Origin: an uncultured Candidatus Poseidoniales archaeon | Lineage (GTDB): Archaea > Thermoplasmatota > Poseidoniia > Poseidoniales > Thalassarchaeaceae | Direction of reading: 5' to 3' | DNA length: 64,000 nucleotides | Assembly (NCBI GenBank): GCA_902511005.1 | Contig: CABXDN010000002.1 | Coordinates: 77,595 to 141,594 of the forward strand | In this document: one piece after another, positions 9,869 through 20,044 of the stretch | How positions within the stretch are numbered: position 1 is the stretch's first letter | How the letters are laid out: the number at the start of each line of letters is the position of its first letter | Made by a program: the position numbers and the translations under genes | The notes under the pieces: generated by a model | What the model saw: the letters and a program-made list of their open reading frames with translations, nothing else | Told to the model about the DNA's origin: nothing | Databases searched by the model: none

Positions 9869-9943
9869 ATTTTGTGCCTCCGGGCAGCCCGCCGACCCGC
9901 TTCCCCTTTTTGATACAAACGGTTATATCGTTGGTAGAAAAAA

Positions 9944-12328
9944 TCAGATTTTTTGCTTTTCAGGATGGAATTTTTGACTGGATAATAGGGCTAAACCACC
10001 ACCTATTATGATTAAAATCCACCCAAGCCAAACAGCATGAGAACCCTGTAAATCATGTACAGTGACACGAATTCGGTCAACTTGACTAGTTTCTCTAAAC
10101 ATCATCGCATCCAATAAATCATTAGATTGAAAAATGTCTAAGATAATTATTGTATCTCCAAATAGACCTACATGACGGTCTGGTTCCGACCGCGGAGTTA
10201 CTTGGCCGCTAGGAGAATCAAATCTTAGTATTCCTGGGCGGAGAGTATCTATCAATTCCCCATCTTTTCTCATTTCGATTACTACACCAAGATACCCATC
10301 TCCAACGGGATAATCATAATCTTCTGAGTCTAAGGCGATGAGCTCTACATCAGTGAAAATAAACTCGTATCCATCATGTAATATTGGTTGGTCACGGCTT
10401 AGAGTCACCAAGTGAGAAGGATCGGACCTATCAATTAGTGTAGTTGTAAAAATATGTCCGACCAAAAGTAAAAGTATTCCGAGATGAGATAAGTGCGAAC
10501 CAAGAAGACGAATACGAGAAGAGTTTTTCTTAGATAGTAAACCATCATCTCGTATTTTAGGAATAACACTTGTTAATGTGGAATATGCTTGTTTGATATT
10601 TGGAGGAATTGCAAGGGCCATCCATGTTAGTAAGAAAATTGAAACTGATCCTCGGCTAAAACTTGAAGCGAATAATAATGATGAATCCCCCGGTAAATTA
10701 AATTTCTCAGAATAAATTGCTAATAATATTGAGATGAAAAAGATAGAGACAAATATGGTGTTTCCAGTCTTGATATCTACGGATTTACCCCAGGCATATA
10801 TTGTTAAACCAATCGCCAATAAACCAATAAAAGGAGCCCCATAGAATTCATGGGCTTCTAAATTAGTGCCATCTATTTCAACAGTTAATAACAGCCAAGT
10901 AAGGAGAAGAAAAGCAGATGTCCCATACCATGGTATTGCTTTAGCAAACTTCATTCTAGCTGATTCAGATTTGAAAGGGAGTAACAATAGTTGTAAATCA
11001 TCTTCATCATCAGAAATTAGCCAGATAATAAGAAAAGGAGACATTCCTGCAATTGCCTGAGGAATTGTTGCAGAAGATGACCAACTCGCATAAAACATTA
11101 GAATTACACCTGAAAAAACCCATTGAAGAGATGGATTACTGGAATCGCTAGTTAGTAATAAGATCATAATTGAAATTCCTATAATTAAAACAGCAGTAGA
11201 GCCAATCCATACTGAAATCACTGCTAGCATAGTAAGTAATATCAGTGAATGGACTCTTTTTTCTTCGAATAATAATTTTTTATTTTCAGAACGTAGATCA
11301 TTCATTTGTTGATTGACTAAGAAATAAATTGCAAATGAACCAAGCAATATTATCGCAAATACATAAGATGCAAGTTCAAAACCAATAGGACTGGAATCAA
11401 TAATGTACATCACACGTATGTATGGGTCTTGGCTATCAGTGCCTAACCCATCCGCCGCAAAAGCATGTACAGATGCCCAAACACCATTGGCACGGGTCAC
11501 CAAGGTTGCGTGGATTGCAAGTAATCCGGAAATCAATCCTAATGCAGGAGAAATTTTGATTGATGTAGAAACATTGGAGGTTGATCGTGCATGAATTATC
11601 AATAGAAGGGCAAACCATGGAAGGATAGAACCTGTTTCAACGGGATCCCAGGCCCAATAACCACCCCAATCAAGAACTGTGTAAGCCCAAAGACCTCCAA
11701 GACCTATTCCAATTGTTCCAATCAAAAAAGCTGCTCTGGCCCAGTGTAACTGTAAGTCATGAATTTCCTTAGCAGATTTTTTGTGGATTACTCCAGACAT
11801 CGCAACTGAAGCTGTAGCAATACAAAGTGCATAATATGAAAATACTACTGGGGGATGAATAACCATTAAATCAGTCTGTAATAAAGGATTCAATTCACTA
11901 GGTATAATTCCTTCAGAGGTAGCGAAAGGACCTAGGAACCAAGAAATAAACAGTATTCCCAATGTGAAACCATGCATTATACGAACATCATAATCTAATT
12001 CTTCATTATCGGTCATAAACCAAGTTACAATTGATATCAGAGCCGCAAACAGAAGCAAAGGTCCTGCTCGACCCCCCCATACTGCGGAAATCCGATATAG
12101 AATCGGAAGGTCTGAACCTCCATATTCTGTGACTAATTTTAGAGAAGATGCGTCAATAATAAAGGCTAAGACAAGAAATAAGAATGGAGCATTCTGAGAT
12201 AGAGCAGTTATGTTTTTGAATAATTTTAAACCTGCTTTTTCTGGCCTAATAATCTGATGCATACTCATCAGAATCCCAAATATGAGCAATATTTGCCCAT
12301 AATAAGATAGGATGTAATCACCATCCAT
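9944..12328 (-). CDS. ccmF: Cytochrome c biogenesis protein CcmF/NrfE
   Basis: LNPLLQ..MVIHPP, WAYTVLDWGGYWAWDPVE (WWD), SVHAF, LSHLGI; many TMs; start placed at ATG 12328. Confidence 0.9.
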   Translation of the reverse strand: MDGDYILSYYGQILLIFGILMSMHQIIRPEKAGLKLFKNITALSQNAPFLFLVLAFIIDASSLKLVTEYGGSDLPILYRISAVWGGRAGPLLLFAALISIVTWFMTDNEELDYDVRIMHGFTLGILFISWFLGPFATSEGIIPSELNPLLQTDLMVIHPPVVFSYYALCIATASVAMSGVIHKKSAKEIHDLQLHWARAAFLIGTIGIGLGGLWAYTVLDWGGYWAWDPVETGSILPWFALLLIIHARSTSNVSTSIKISPALGLISGLLAIHATLVTRANGVWASVHAFAADGLGTDSQDPYIRVMYIIDSSPIGFELASYVFAIILLGSFAIYFLVNQQMNDLRSENKKLLFEEKRVHSLILLTMLAVISVWIGSTAVLIIGISIMILLLTSDSSNPSLQWVFSGVILMFYASWSSSATIPQAIAGMSPFLIIWLISDDEDDLQLLLLPFKSESARMKFAKAIPWYGTSAFLLLTWLLLTVEIDGTNLEAHEFYGAPFIGLLAIGLTIYAWGKSVDIKTGNTIFVSIFFISILLAIYSEKFNLPGDSSLLFASSFSRGSVSIFLLTWMALAIPPNIKQAYSTLTSVIPKIRDDGLLSKKNSSRIRLLGSHLSHLGILLLLVGHIFTTTLIDRSDPSHLVTLSRDQPILHDGYEFIFTDVELIALDSEDYDYPVGDGYLGVVIEMRKDGELIDTLRPGILRFDSPSGQVTPRSEPDRHVGLFGDTIIILDIFQSNDLLDAMMFRETSQVDRIRVTVHDLQGSHAVWLGWILIIIGGGLALLSSQKFHPEKQKI

Positions 12329-13547
12329 AATACTTAGCACGAGAATAACCAAAAGATAGCATTGCAGGTATTATTTTTCTTGCATAAAGTCCAGGTCTTC
12401 TGATTAATATTTTAAGACAAACTGCTAATTTACCATGAGGCCCCATGTTACTCATCTCGTCTGGAAAGCACTGAGCCATCAAAGACATATCATCATCTGA
12501 TAAATCAAATAGTGCTGATTTACCACGTAGAATCTTAGAATAAGGGGGGAATTCTTTCTTCCATGACTTAGAATATTCTTCAAGTGAGCTAGCAGATAAA
12601 TCATCAGAAGCTATGGCTTTAGCAGCAGTTTCTGCAGCAAATACTGCTGATTTTAATGCTAGATGAGAACCTCCTTCAAATAAGGGGGAAGTAAATCCTG
12701 CAGCATCTCCAACGAGCATTAGGCCATCTGCATGAGTATTTTCATGAGGACCAGAAATTGGAATTGTTCCACCGAATGCAGGATTTCCTTTCTTCTTCCA
12801 AGGAGGTGCTACCTGTTCTAGATCTTTGAAATGAGTAACTTCAATAAATTCATCCAAACCTTTCTTGGTTCGTGATTTGTCTTCACTAACTAAACCAACA
12901 TTTGCTCTACCATCACATTTAGGAATCATCCACACATATCCCTTTTCAGCATATTTAGGCCAAATATAGAAATCTAGATAATCATCAGTTGGCACATCCA
13001 GCATCTCATACTGCATTCCTGCAATAACTTGTGGACGAGGGTTTAGCTCTAGTATCTTAGAACAAACTCCTGCAACTCCTGAAGCATCAATTACAATTTT
13101 AGCATCAATTGGAAACTGTTCACCTTTACCTTCACAACGCCATCCAATAAATTTTTCACCATCAAACATTTTTTCCATACTTGTTAATTTGTGGTTTAGA
13201 CTTAGAGTAGCACCTTGGGATACTGCTTCATCTGCAATCCATCTTTCGAAAAGATGCTTTTCTAGTACATAGCCCTCTTCAGTTAATTTCTTTTCAGTAC
13301 CGTCTGGAAATATAACTCTGATTCCATGAACTCTCTTACTAATTACATGATCAGGTAAATCTAAATTTAGATTATCGCAAGCGACATCAGAAATACATTC
13401 TCCACAATGAACGGGAGTGCCTATTTCCTCATGATCTTCGATTAAAATTGTCGAAAGACCAGCTCTCGCACTGTGCAAAGCGGCGTTCCCACCACCAGGT
13501 CCAGCACCAATTACCAATACATCACAGGCGGTCACAGCCTCTCCCAT
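12318..13547 (-). CDS. Geranylgeranyl reductase family FAD oxidoreductase
   Basis: VIGAGPGG, IGTPVHCGE, GYVWMIPK, VGDAAG..SPLFEGG. Confidence 0.88.
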   Translation of the reverse strand: MGEAVTACDVLVIGAGPGGGNAALHSARAGLSTILIEDHEEIGTPVHCGECISDVACDNLNLDLPDHVISKRVHGIRVIFPDGTEKKLTEEGYVLEKHLFERWIADEAVSQGATLSLNHKLTSMEKMFDGEKFIGWRCEGKGEQFPIDAKIVIDASGVAGVCSKILELNPRPQVIAGMQYEMLDVPTDDYLDFYIWPKYAEKGYVWMIPKCDGRANVGLVSEDKSRTKKGLDEFIEVTHFKDLEQVAPPWKKKGNPAFGGTIPISGPHENTHADGLMLVGDAAGFTSPLFEGGSHLALKSAVFAAETAAKAIASDDLSASSLEEYSKSWKKEFPPYSKILRGKSALFDLSDDDMSLMAQCFPDEMSNMGPHGKLAVCLKILIRRPGLYARKIIPAMLSFGYSRAKYYGW

Positions 13548-13641
13548 GAGTATAGTCAGGAAGGCCATTAGTCAAAGAAACCGTCGGTCTAAAGGCCTAT
13601 GATTACGAACGAACATATTCAACTAATAAGCGCGTCGAATA

Positions 13642-15525
13642 ATGTATATGGCGTGGCGCGACCTCCGTGAGTATATCCTCAATTTGAGAGATTCTGACGA
13701 ACTTATTCGTATCAGTCACCCTGTTGACTGCTATTTAGAAGCAGGTTGTATCGCTGACAAACTTGTAAAAAAAGGTGGTCCAGCAATTATTTTCGATCAA
13801 CCACGTTTAGCGAATGGAGAAATTAGTAAATATCCTCTTGCAATGAATTTATTTGGAACTAGAGAAAGAACCAACAAAGCACTCGGAGTAAAAGATCCAA
13901 AAGAAATTGGAGAAACTATGGTTAATTTGATGAAACCTGATATCGGAGGCATTCTAAAAAAGCCTTGGACTGGTTTAGGGCTGGCCATGCAAGGGATGTC
14001 AATGGCACCAAAAAAAGTAAGGAAAGGTGCTTGTCAAGCAGTTGTTATTGAGAATCCAGATATGACTAAACTCCCTATACCTACTACATGGCCGATGGAT
14101 GGTGGGCCATTCATCACATTGCCATTAGTTGTGACTAAGGATCCTAAAACTGGCCAGCATAATATGGGTATGTACAGAGGACAAATATTCGGAGAAAAAG
14201 AGATTGGGCTTCATTGGCAGGCGCATAAACATGCAGCAGATCATGCTGACGAAATTGGAAAAGAGAATCGTATGCCTGTTGCAATTTGCTTAGGTGGACC
14301 TCCTCCAGTAATGTTTAGTGCGATTTCCCCACTACCAGATAATCTTTCAGAATATGAATTTGCAGGATTACTAAATGGAAGAAGGTTAAGAATTACAAAA
14401 TGTCTAACTAATGACTTATGGGTCCCTTCAGAAGTTGATTTTGTAATAGAAGGATACACCATCCCAGGAGAAACTAGGACTGAAGGCCCATTTGGAGACC
14501 ATTTTGGATATTACTGCTTAGAAGAAGAATACCCTGTAATGCATGTTACGGCAATCACTCATAGAAAGAACCCGACTATTCCGATGACTATAGTTGGAGT
14601 TCCACCAATGGAAGATGGATATCTGGGAGAAGCAATCGGTGACGCATTCCGTCCAGTACTACAATTTCAGCACAGAGACGTAAAAGATCTCTTCTTACCT
14701 CTTGAAACGGGATTCCATAATCTTGCTATCGTGTCTTCTAAACAAAGATATCCTAGACAGGCAAGGAAAACTGCTCTGGGGTTAATGGGTGCTGGGCAAA
14801 TGATGTTTCTAAAATCAATAATTGCAGTAGATGAAGATCATGATGTAAAAGATCTCGATGCACTTCTGAAAGCTGTTGATTATAATGTCAGAATACCTGA
14901 AGATTTGATAATTCTAGATGGAATGGTTGCAGATTCTTTAGCTCATGCATCCCCATGGCAGAACGTTCATTCAAAATTACTAATCGATGCTACAACACCA
15001 ACTTCTAACGATTACAGAGCCAATGAACCCAAAATGATGGGATGTCCTGATTCTTTAGGTGTATCTGCATCCGGTGTTGAGGGTGTTACTAAAGCGAAAA
15101 TGATGGCTTCATCAATGCTGGTAATAACTACTAATATCGAAGGAGGCCCTCGTCCAGAATCTAGTATGGAGGAAGTAAATGAAGAAGGTGCAAAGGCTCA
15201 GAGAGAGCAGATAGCAAGAATTCGAGATGAAATATGGTCATTAGAATCGGCTAAAAATCTTAGATGGTTATTCATTACAGATGATGATGCAGATTTAGAT
15301 GAAGAACATTGGAGAAGAAGACTTCTGTGGCAATTATTTTGTAGATTTGAAGTAGCAAGAGATTTCCATTTTGATAAGGAAAGGAAAAGAGTTGCTTGGG
15401 ATGCAACTGCTCCTATACCATCGAATGAAGGGCCATTACCAGTGAGAAGATGGCCTGCAGTAACTTTACATGACCCTGAAATCGAAGAAAGGGTTGAAAA
15501 GTGGATGGAAAGAGAGGGTTTGTAA
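13642..15525 (+). CDS. ubiD: UbiD-family decarboxylase (menaquinone futalosine-pathway type)
   Basis: DGGPFITLP, NMGMYR, EGPFGDHFGYY, TIVGVPPMED, IDAT. Confidence 0.9.
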   Translation: MYMAWRDLREYILNLRDSDELIRISHPVDCYLEAGCIADKLVKKGGPAIIFDQPRLANGEISKYPLAMNLFGTRERTNKALGVKDPKEIGETMVNLMKPDIGGILKKPWTGLGLAMQGMSMAPKKVRKGACQAVVIENPDMTKLPIPTTWPMDGGPFITLPLVVTKDPKTGQHNMGMYRGQIFGEKEIGLHWQAHKHAADHADEIGKENRMPVAICLGGPPPVMFSAISPLPDNLSEYEFAGLLNGRRLRITKCLTNDLWVPSEVDFVIEGYTIPGETRTEGPFGDHFGYYCLEEEYPVMHVTAITHRKNPTIPMTIVGVPPMEDGYLGEAIGDAFRPVLQFQHRDVKDLFLPLETGFHNLAIVSSKQRYPRQARKTALGLMGAGQMMFLKSIIAVDEDHDVKDLDALLKAVDYNVRIPEDLIILDGMVADSLAHASPWQNVHSKLLIDATTPTSNDYRANEPKMMGCPDSLGVSASGVEGVTKAKMMASSMLVITTNIEGGPRPESSMEEVNEEGAKAQREQIARIRDEIWSLESAKNLRWLFITDDDADLDEEHWRRRLLWQLFCRFEVARDFHFDKERKRVAWDATAPIPSNEGPLPVRRWPAVTLHDPEIEERVEKWMEREGL

Positions 15526-16403
15526 TGGGAACGAAAGAAATCCTTGAGTTTGTAAAAATTGAACATACTCTATTTTCTCTACCTTTCGTGCTTATTGGAT
15601 ATATTCTCGCTCATGAACAATTTATTGATGAGCTTGAAACTCAGAAATTCGGTATCGATTTACTCTGGATTCTTGTAGCTGCAATTGGAGCTAGAGGGCT
15701 TGCAATGGCTCTTAATCGTATAATAGATCGTGACGTAGATGCTGAAAACCCACGTACAGCTAACCGACACTTAGTCTCTGGCTCAATGACTATGCAAACT
15801 GCATACTTACTTTCTATTGGGTTTCTTTCAATGCTTCTCTTAGGCGCCTGGCAATTAAATGAAGTAGCCTTGATGATGGCTTGGTTACCAGTTGCAGTAT
15901 TCACAATATACCCATATGTCAAAAGATACTCTTGGCTCTGCCACCTATGGCTTGGAATTTGTCTAGGTTTAGCCCCAGCTGGTGCATGGCTAGCAGTTGC
16001 GGCAGACATCCATGGTTGGGGTGCAATAACTGATTATTTGTGGAGTCCTGAAATATTATTCATTTCTCTTGGAGTGATGTTTTGGATTACCGCTTTCGAT
16101 ATTAACTATGCGCGTATGGATGTAGAAAGCGATAGAGAAAATGGGATATATTCATTTCCAGCACGATTTGATGAGAATACAACCACAAGGACATCTGTAC
16201 AATTAACTCTAGTTTGGTTCGCATGCTTTGCAATATCAGACCCAATGGATGAGCTTTGGTTTCTCGCTGCTGCCCTTACTATGGCATTAGCCAATATAGT
16301 AGTAATATTATCTAGGACCAAATTAGAAGACTTTCAAACTACCTTTTTCAGAGTTTCAATGTTAACAGGATGGGTACTTCTGGGCGCGATAATGCTAGAA
16401 TAA
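15525..16403 (+). CDS. ubiA: UbiA-family prenyltransferase (MqnP-like)
   Basis: VKIEHTLFSLPF, NRIIDRDVDAENPRTANR, YPYVKR, FDINYARMDVESD; TAATG overlap with ubiD. Confidence 0.92.
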   Translation: MGTKEILEFVKIEHTLFSLPFVLIGYILAHEQFIDELETQKFGIDLLWILVAAIGARGLAMALNRIIDRDVDAENPRTANRHLVSGSMTMQTAYLLSIGFLSMLLLGAWQLNEVALMMAWLPVAVFTIYPYVKRYSWLCHLWLGICLGLAPAGAWLAVAADIHGWGAITDYLWSPEILFISLGVMFWITAFDINYARMDVESDRENGIYSFPARFDENTTTRTSVQLTLVWFACFAISDPMDELWFLAAALTMALANIVVILSRTKLEDFQTTFFRVSMLTGWVLLGAIMLE

Positions 16404-16411
16404 TCGGTTGG

Positions 16412-18715
16412 GTGTGCAATATATTTGTTTTGAAGTCTGACTATGGTACTGCCGGAGACCAAGAACAGGCAATTCAAGAATTAATTAATCAAATTAATCA
16501 AGGTCAAGAAAGATGCGTCTTAATGGGTGTTACAGGTTCAGGTAAAACATTTGCAATGGCTAATATTATCGAAAGATTACAAATTCCTACATTAATATTA
16601 TCGCATAATAAGACTTTGGCGAGACAGTTATGGCAAGAAATGAGCGAATTATTTCCTAAAAATGCTGTAGAGTATTTTGTAAGTTATTATGATTATTATC
16701 AGCCGGAAGCATATCTTCCAGGAAGAGACATGTATATCGACAAAGAATTACAGATGAATGAGAGAATTGAGCAAGAAAGATTCTCCACAGTTGCATCTTT
16801 AGTTAGTAGACCTGATGTAATTGCTGTAGGTACTGTTTCTGTCATTTATGGCCTTAATCCACCTGAAGTATTCCAACAATCACATGTTCGCCTAAGTGTA
16901 GGACAAGAAGCAGATCCTCAAGAGATTGTTAGAGAACTGGTTGCTTTACAGTATAGGAGAACTAATGGCGAAATAGTACGAGGTGACGTTCGACTTCGAG
17001 GAGAAGTTCTAGACGTTTGGATGCCGAGTAGAGACGACCCAATTCGAATTAGGTTTGGATGGGATGGAATAGAAAGAATACAGGTATGCGAAGCAGTTTC
17101 TTGGGAGCCGTTAGATGAAATAGAAGAAGCATGGATACATCCTAGAGAATTCTACATGACAAGTGAGGAGAAATTTGGTCAAGCAATTGAAGACATAGAA
17201 ACAGAATTAGATCAAAGAATAGACCATTATCATTCAAAAGGAATGGAAATGGAAGCTCATAGAATAGAACAGAGGACAAAATTTGACCTAGAAATGTTAA
17301 CTGAGATAGGGTCGTGTAAAGGAGTTGAAAATTACTCGAGACATTTTGATGGTAGAGAGAAAAACGAGAGGGCCTACTGTCTTCTTGATTTTTTCTCAAC
17401 CTGCGCTGAACAATTTCATGGAGATCCAGAAAAATATCTTGTAATAATGGATGAAAGTCACGTAACATTACCTCAAGTTGGAGGAATGTATGGAGGTGAC
17501 TATTCTCGAAAGAAAAATCTGATTGATCATGGTTTCCGACTCCCTTCAGCATTTGATAATAGGCCATTAAGAATTGATGAGTTTCAAGAGTTAATACCTC
17601 AAATGCTCTATGTTAGTGCAACACCAGGAGAAAGAGAATTAAGGCATCTAGCAGAGATAACTAAGCAGCCTATACCAGAAGGATTACTACATGTTCCAAG
17701 CAAAGGCGGAGGTGGAAAACCGGATATTGAGAAAAGAAAGAAAAGAGCCTTTCTTGCAGAGACTATGCAGTCTATTAATGGAGTCGTACAAATGGAAATA
17801 CGACCCACTGGGCTATTAGATCCAGTAATTGAAGTTAGACCAACAGAAGGTCAAATTCAAGATCTTGAAGATGAAATTCGCTTACGTATTGAATCGAATG
17901 AACGAGTTCTGGTTACTGTGATGACAATTAAGTTCGCAGAAGAAGTTGCAGAATATCTCAATCGTAACGGATTCAAGGCTCATCATCTACATAGTGAGAT
18001 TGATACACTAGAGAGGACTGAAATTATCAAAGCACTCAGATTGGGGCATATCGATATTATAGTTGGAATAAATCTTCTAAGAGAAGGATTAGATATTCCT
18101 GAAGTTAGTTTAGTGGCTATATTTGATGCAGATAAAGAAGGTTTCTTGAGGAATGAACGTTCACTACTACAAACTATAGGTAGGGCATCAAGAAACCAAA
18201 ATGGTAGAGTCATTCTATACGCAGATTCAATATCAGCAGCGATGGAAGCATCAATTAAACAAACAATTGAGAGAAGGAAAAGACAAAATAATTACAATGA
18301 AGAAAATCAAATAACTCCTCAAACGATAAAAAAAGCGATGCCTGTGATGAATTCTGAAACTGGAGATTTAATGGCAGGTGTTGCAGGAAAGGGAGTTGGT
18401 GGTGGAAGAAGATTAGTTGCTAAGAAACCTGGGAAAAAGGGAGTTGAAGGTTTAGCGAAAAAATTCTCTCTGGGAGCAGCGGCATGGAATACTACTGGTT
18501 CAGTTTTAGATAATATTAGTCAACCAGATTGGAATGATGAAAGTAATATTTTGGTAGACGAAAATATGGAGCAGTCTATCGAAAATAATGATGACAGAAT
18601 CAAACTAATAAATAGGATGGAAAGAGAAATGAAGGCTGCAGCCGCGAGACTTGATTTCGAAAGGGCAGCACAATTAAGAGACCGAATTTATCAATTAGAG
18701 AATCCGACTAATTGA
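16412..18715 (+). CDS. uvrB: Excinuclease ABC subunit B
   Basis: GVTGSGKT, YYDYYQPEAY, DESH, VSATPG, GINLLREGLD, QTIGRASRN, C-terminal UVR domain FERAAQLRD; start uncertain (GTG 16412). Confidence 0.96.
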   Translation: MCNIFVLKSDYGTAGDQEQAIQELINQINQGQERCVLMGVTGSGKTFAMANIIERLQIPTLILSHNKTLARQLWQEMSELFPKNAVEYFVSYYDYYQPEAYLPGRDMYIDKELQMNERIEQERFSTVASLVSRPDVIAVGTVSVIYGLNPPEVFQQSHVRLSVGQEADPQEIVRELVALQYRRTNGEIVRGDVRLRGEVLDVWMPSRDDPIRIRFGWDGIERIQVCEAVSWEPLDEIEEAWIHPREFYMTSEEKFGQAIEDIETELDQRIDHYHSKGMEMEAHRIEQRTKFDLEMLTEIGSCKGVENYSRHFDGREKNERAYCLLDFFSTCAEQFHGDPEKYLVIMDESHVTLPQVGGMYGGDYSRKKNLIDHGFRLPSAFDNRPLRIDEFQELIPQMLYVSATPGERELRHLAEITKQPIPEGLLHVPSKGGGGKPDIEKRKKRAFLAETMQSINGVVQMEIRPTGLLDPVIEVRPTEGQIQDLEDEIRLRIESNERVLVTVMTIKFAEEVAEYLNRNGFKAHHLHSEIDTLERTEIIKALRLGHIDIIVGINLLREGLDIPEVSLVAIFDADKEGFLRNERSLLQTIGRASRNQNGRVILYADSISAAMEASIKQTIERRKRQNNYNEENQITPQTIKKAMPVMNSETGDLMAGVAGKGVGGGRRLVAKKPGKKGVEGLAKKFSLGAAAWNTTGSVLDNISQPDWNDESNILVDENMEQSIENNDDRIKLINRMEREMKAAAARLDFERAAQLRDRIYQLENPTN

Positions 18716-19725
18716 ATACGAAAGTGTTTTTCGAAAGACTTGTGTCTACCTACTCACGTGATGATTTTAGTGCGCCGGTTGAGGACTATAACTTCTCAAA
18801 AATAGACGACGTACACTCACTAATTAATCAGATGTCAAGGGCAGGAGGATTTACTGCAACAAAACTTGCTCATGCGCGAGATATACTGAAAATGAGTATC
18901 GAAAAGACAGATGAAAAAGGAGTTCTAAACTGGCTTTCTTTCCCTGCTTGCTTGTGTGCAACGGGAACTAGAGGATTTTTCTTAGAAGCAATAAAGCGTA
19001 AGTCGTTCAATGTGATAATTACAACTTGTGGAACTTTAGATCACGATATCGCTAGAACGTATCAAGACTATTTTCATGGAGATTTCAGTCTTGATGATAT
19101 CGCATTAGGAGAGGAAGGATTGAATCGATTGGGTAATGTAATTGTTCCGAACGAATGTTATGGAGATATTTTAGAGAAAAGAGTCTTACCTTGGTTAGAA
19201 GAGATTGAAACAGAAAGAAAAGAGAAATTTCCAGATAATCCATGGTTAGGATTTGGTTCCGTTGAATTATGTTGGGCTATGGGAGATAGAATTCAAGATG
19301 AGACATCATTACTTTATTGGGTTGCAAAACATAGAATCCCGATGGTAATCCCTGGACTTTCAGATGGCTCGATTGGAGCTCAGCTTTTCATGCACAGACA
19401 AAAGAATCCTAATTTCATGGTTGATTTCTTGGCAGATGAACAAATATTATCCGATTTAACTTGGACAGCTGAAGAATCACACGCACTAATGGTTGGGGGT
19501 GGAATATCCAAACATCATGTGATCTGGTGGAATCAATATAGAGATGGTCTAGATTCTGCTGTAGGAATCACAACCGCGCCCGAACACGATGGTTCGTTAT
19601 CGGGTGCTCGGCTCAAAGAAGCTATATCCTGGGGAAAAATACGTCCAGAGGCGCCTCAAGTAGTAGTTGAGGGAGATGCAAGTGTGTTATTGCCCCTTTT
19701 AGGCGCTGATTTATTCAGAAATTAG
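18712..19725 (+). CDS. dys: Deoxyhypusine synthase
   Basis: GGFTATKL, TCGTLDHD, DGSIG, GGGISKHH, DGSLSGARLKEAISWGK. Confidence 0.95.
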   Translation: MNTKVFFERLVSTYSRDDFSAPVEDYNFSKIDDVHSLINQMSRAGGFTATKLAHARDILKMSIEKTDEKGVLNWLSFPACLCATGTRGFFLEAIKRKSFNVIITTCGTLDHDIARTYQDYFHGDFSLDDIALGEEGLNRLGNVIVPNECYGDILEKRVLPWLEEIETERKEKFPDNPWLGFGSVELCWAMGDRIQDETSLLYWVAKHRIPMVIPGLSDGSIGAQLFMHRQKNPNFMVDFLADEQILSDLTWTAEESHALMVGGGISKHHVIWWNQYRDGLDSAVGITTAPEHDGSLSGARLKEAISWGKIRPEAPQVVVEGDASVLLPLLGADLFRN

Positions 19726-19840
19726 CACTTTTTATCACTTTTTAGGCGTAAAACGGCTATTTCTAAAACACTTGAATAATGACGATTACAAGCATTGAGG
19801 GGCACAATGGCTAAGAACGGACATAGATGCCGGCTTTTCT

Positions 19841-20020
19841 ATGTCCGTTGAATCGATGGTACAAGGAATGATAGATGCACTAACAGAAGCTATGGGAGAT
19901 GCTGCAAAGCACGACAAGGGTAACGCCGCTGCTGGCACCCGTGTTCGTAAGGCTATGCAAGCTGCAAAGGCAACAGCACAAGATGTTCGTGCTAAAGTCC
20001 AAGCAGATAAGAACAACTGA
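19841..20020 (+). CDS. Histone H1-like (Hc1-family) small protein, 59 aa, absent from ORF track
   Basis: Manual translation MSVESMVQGMIDALTEAMGDAAKHDKGNAAAGTRVRKAMQAAKATAQDVRAKVQADKNN; KGNxAAGTRxRK signature. Confidence 0.8.
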   Translation: MSVESMVQGMIDALTEAMGDAAKHDKGNAAAGTRVRKAMQAAKATAQDVRAKVQADKNN

Positions 20021-20044
20021 GTTCGTTAATACGATCTCTAAGTC

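Noticed and set aside
19786-20016. 76-aa minus-strand ORF in the track
   Set aside because: Antisense shadow of the + strand Hc1-like gene 19841..20020
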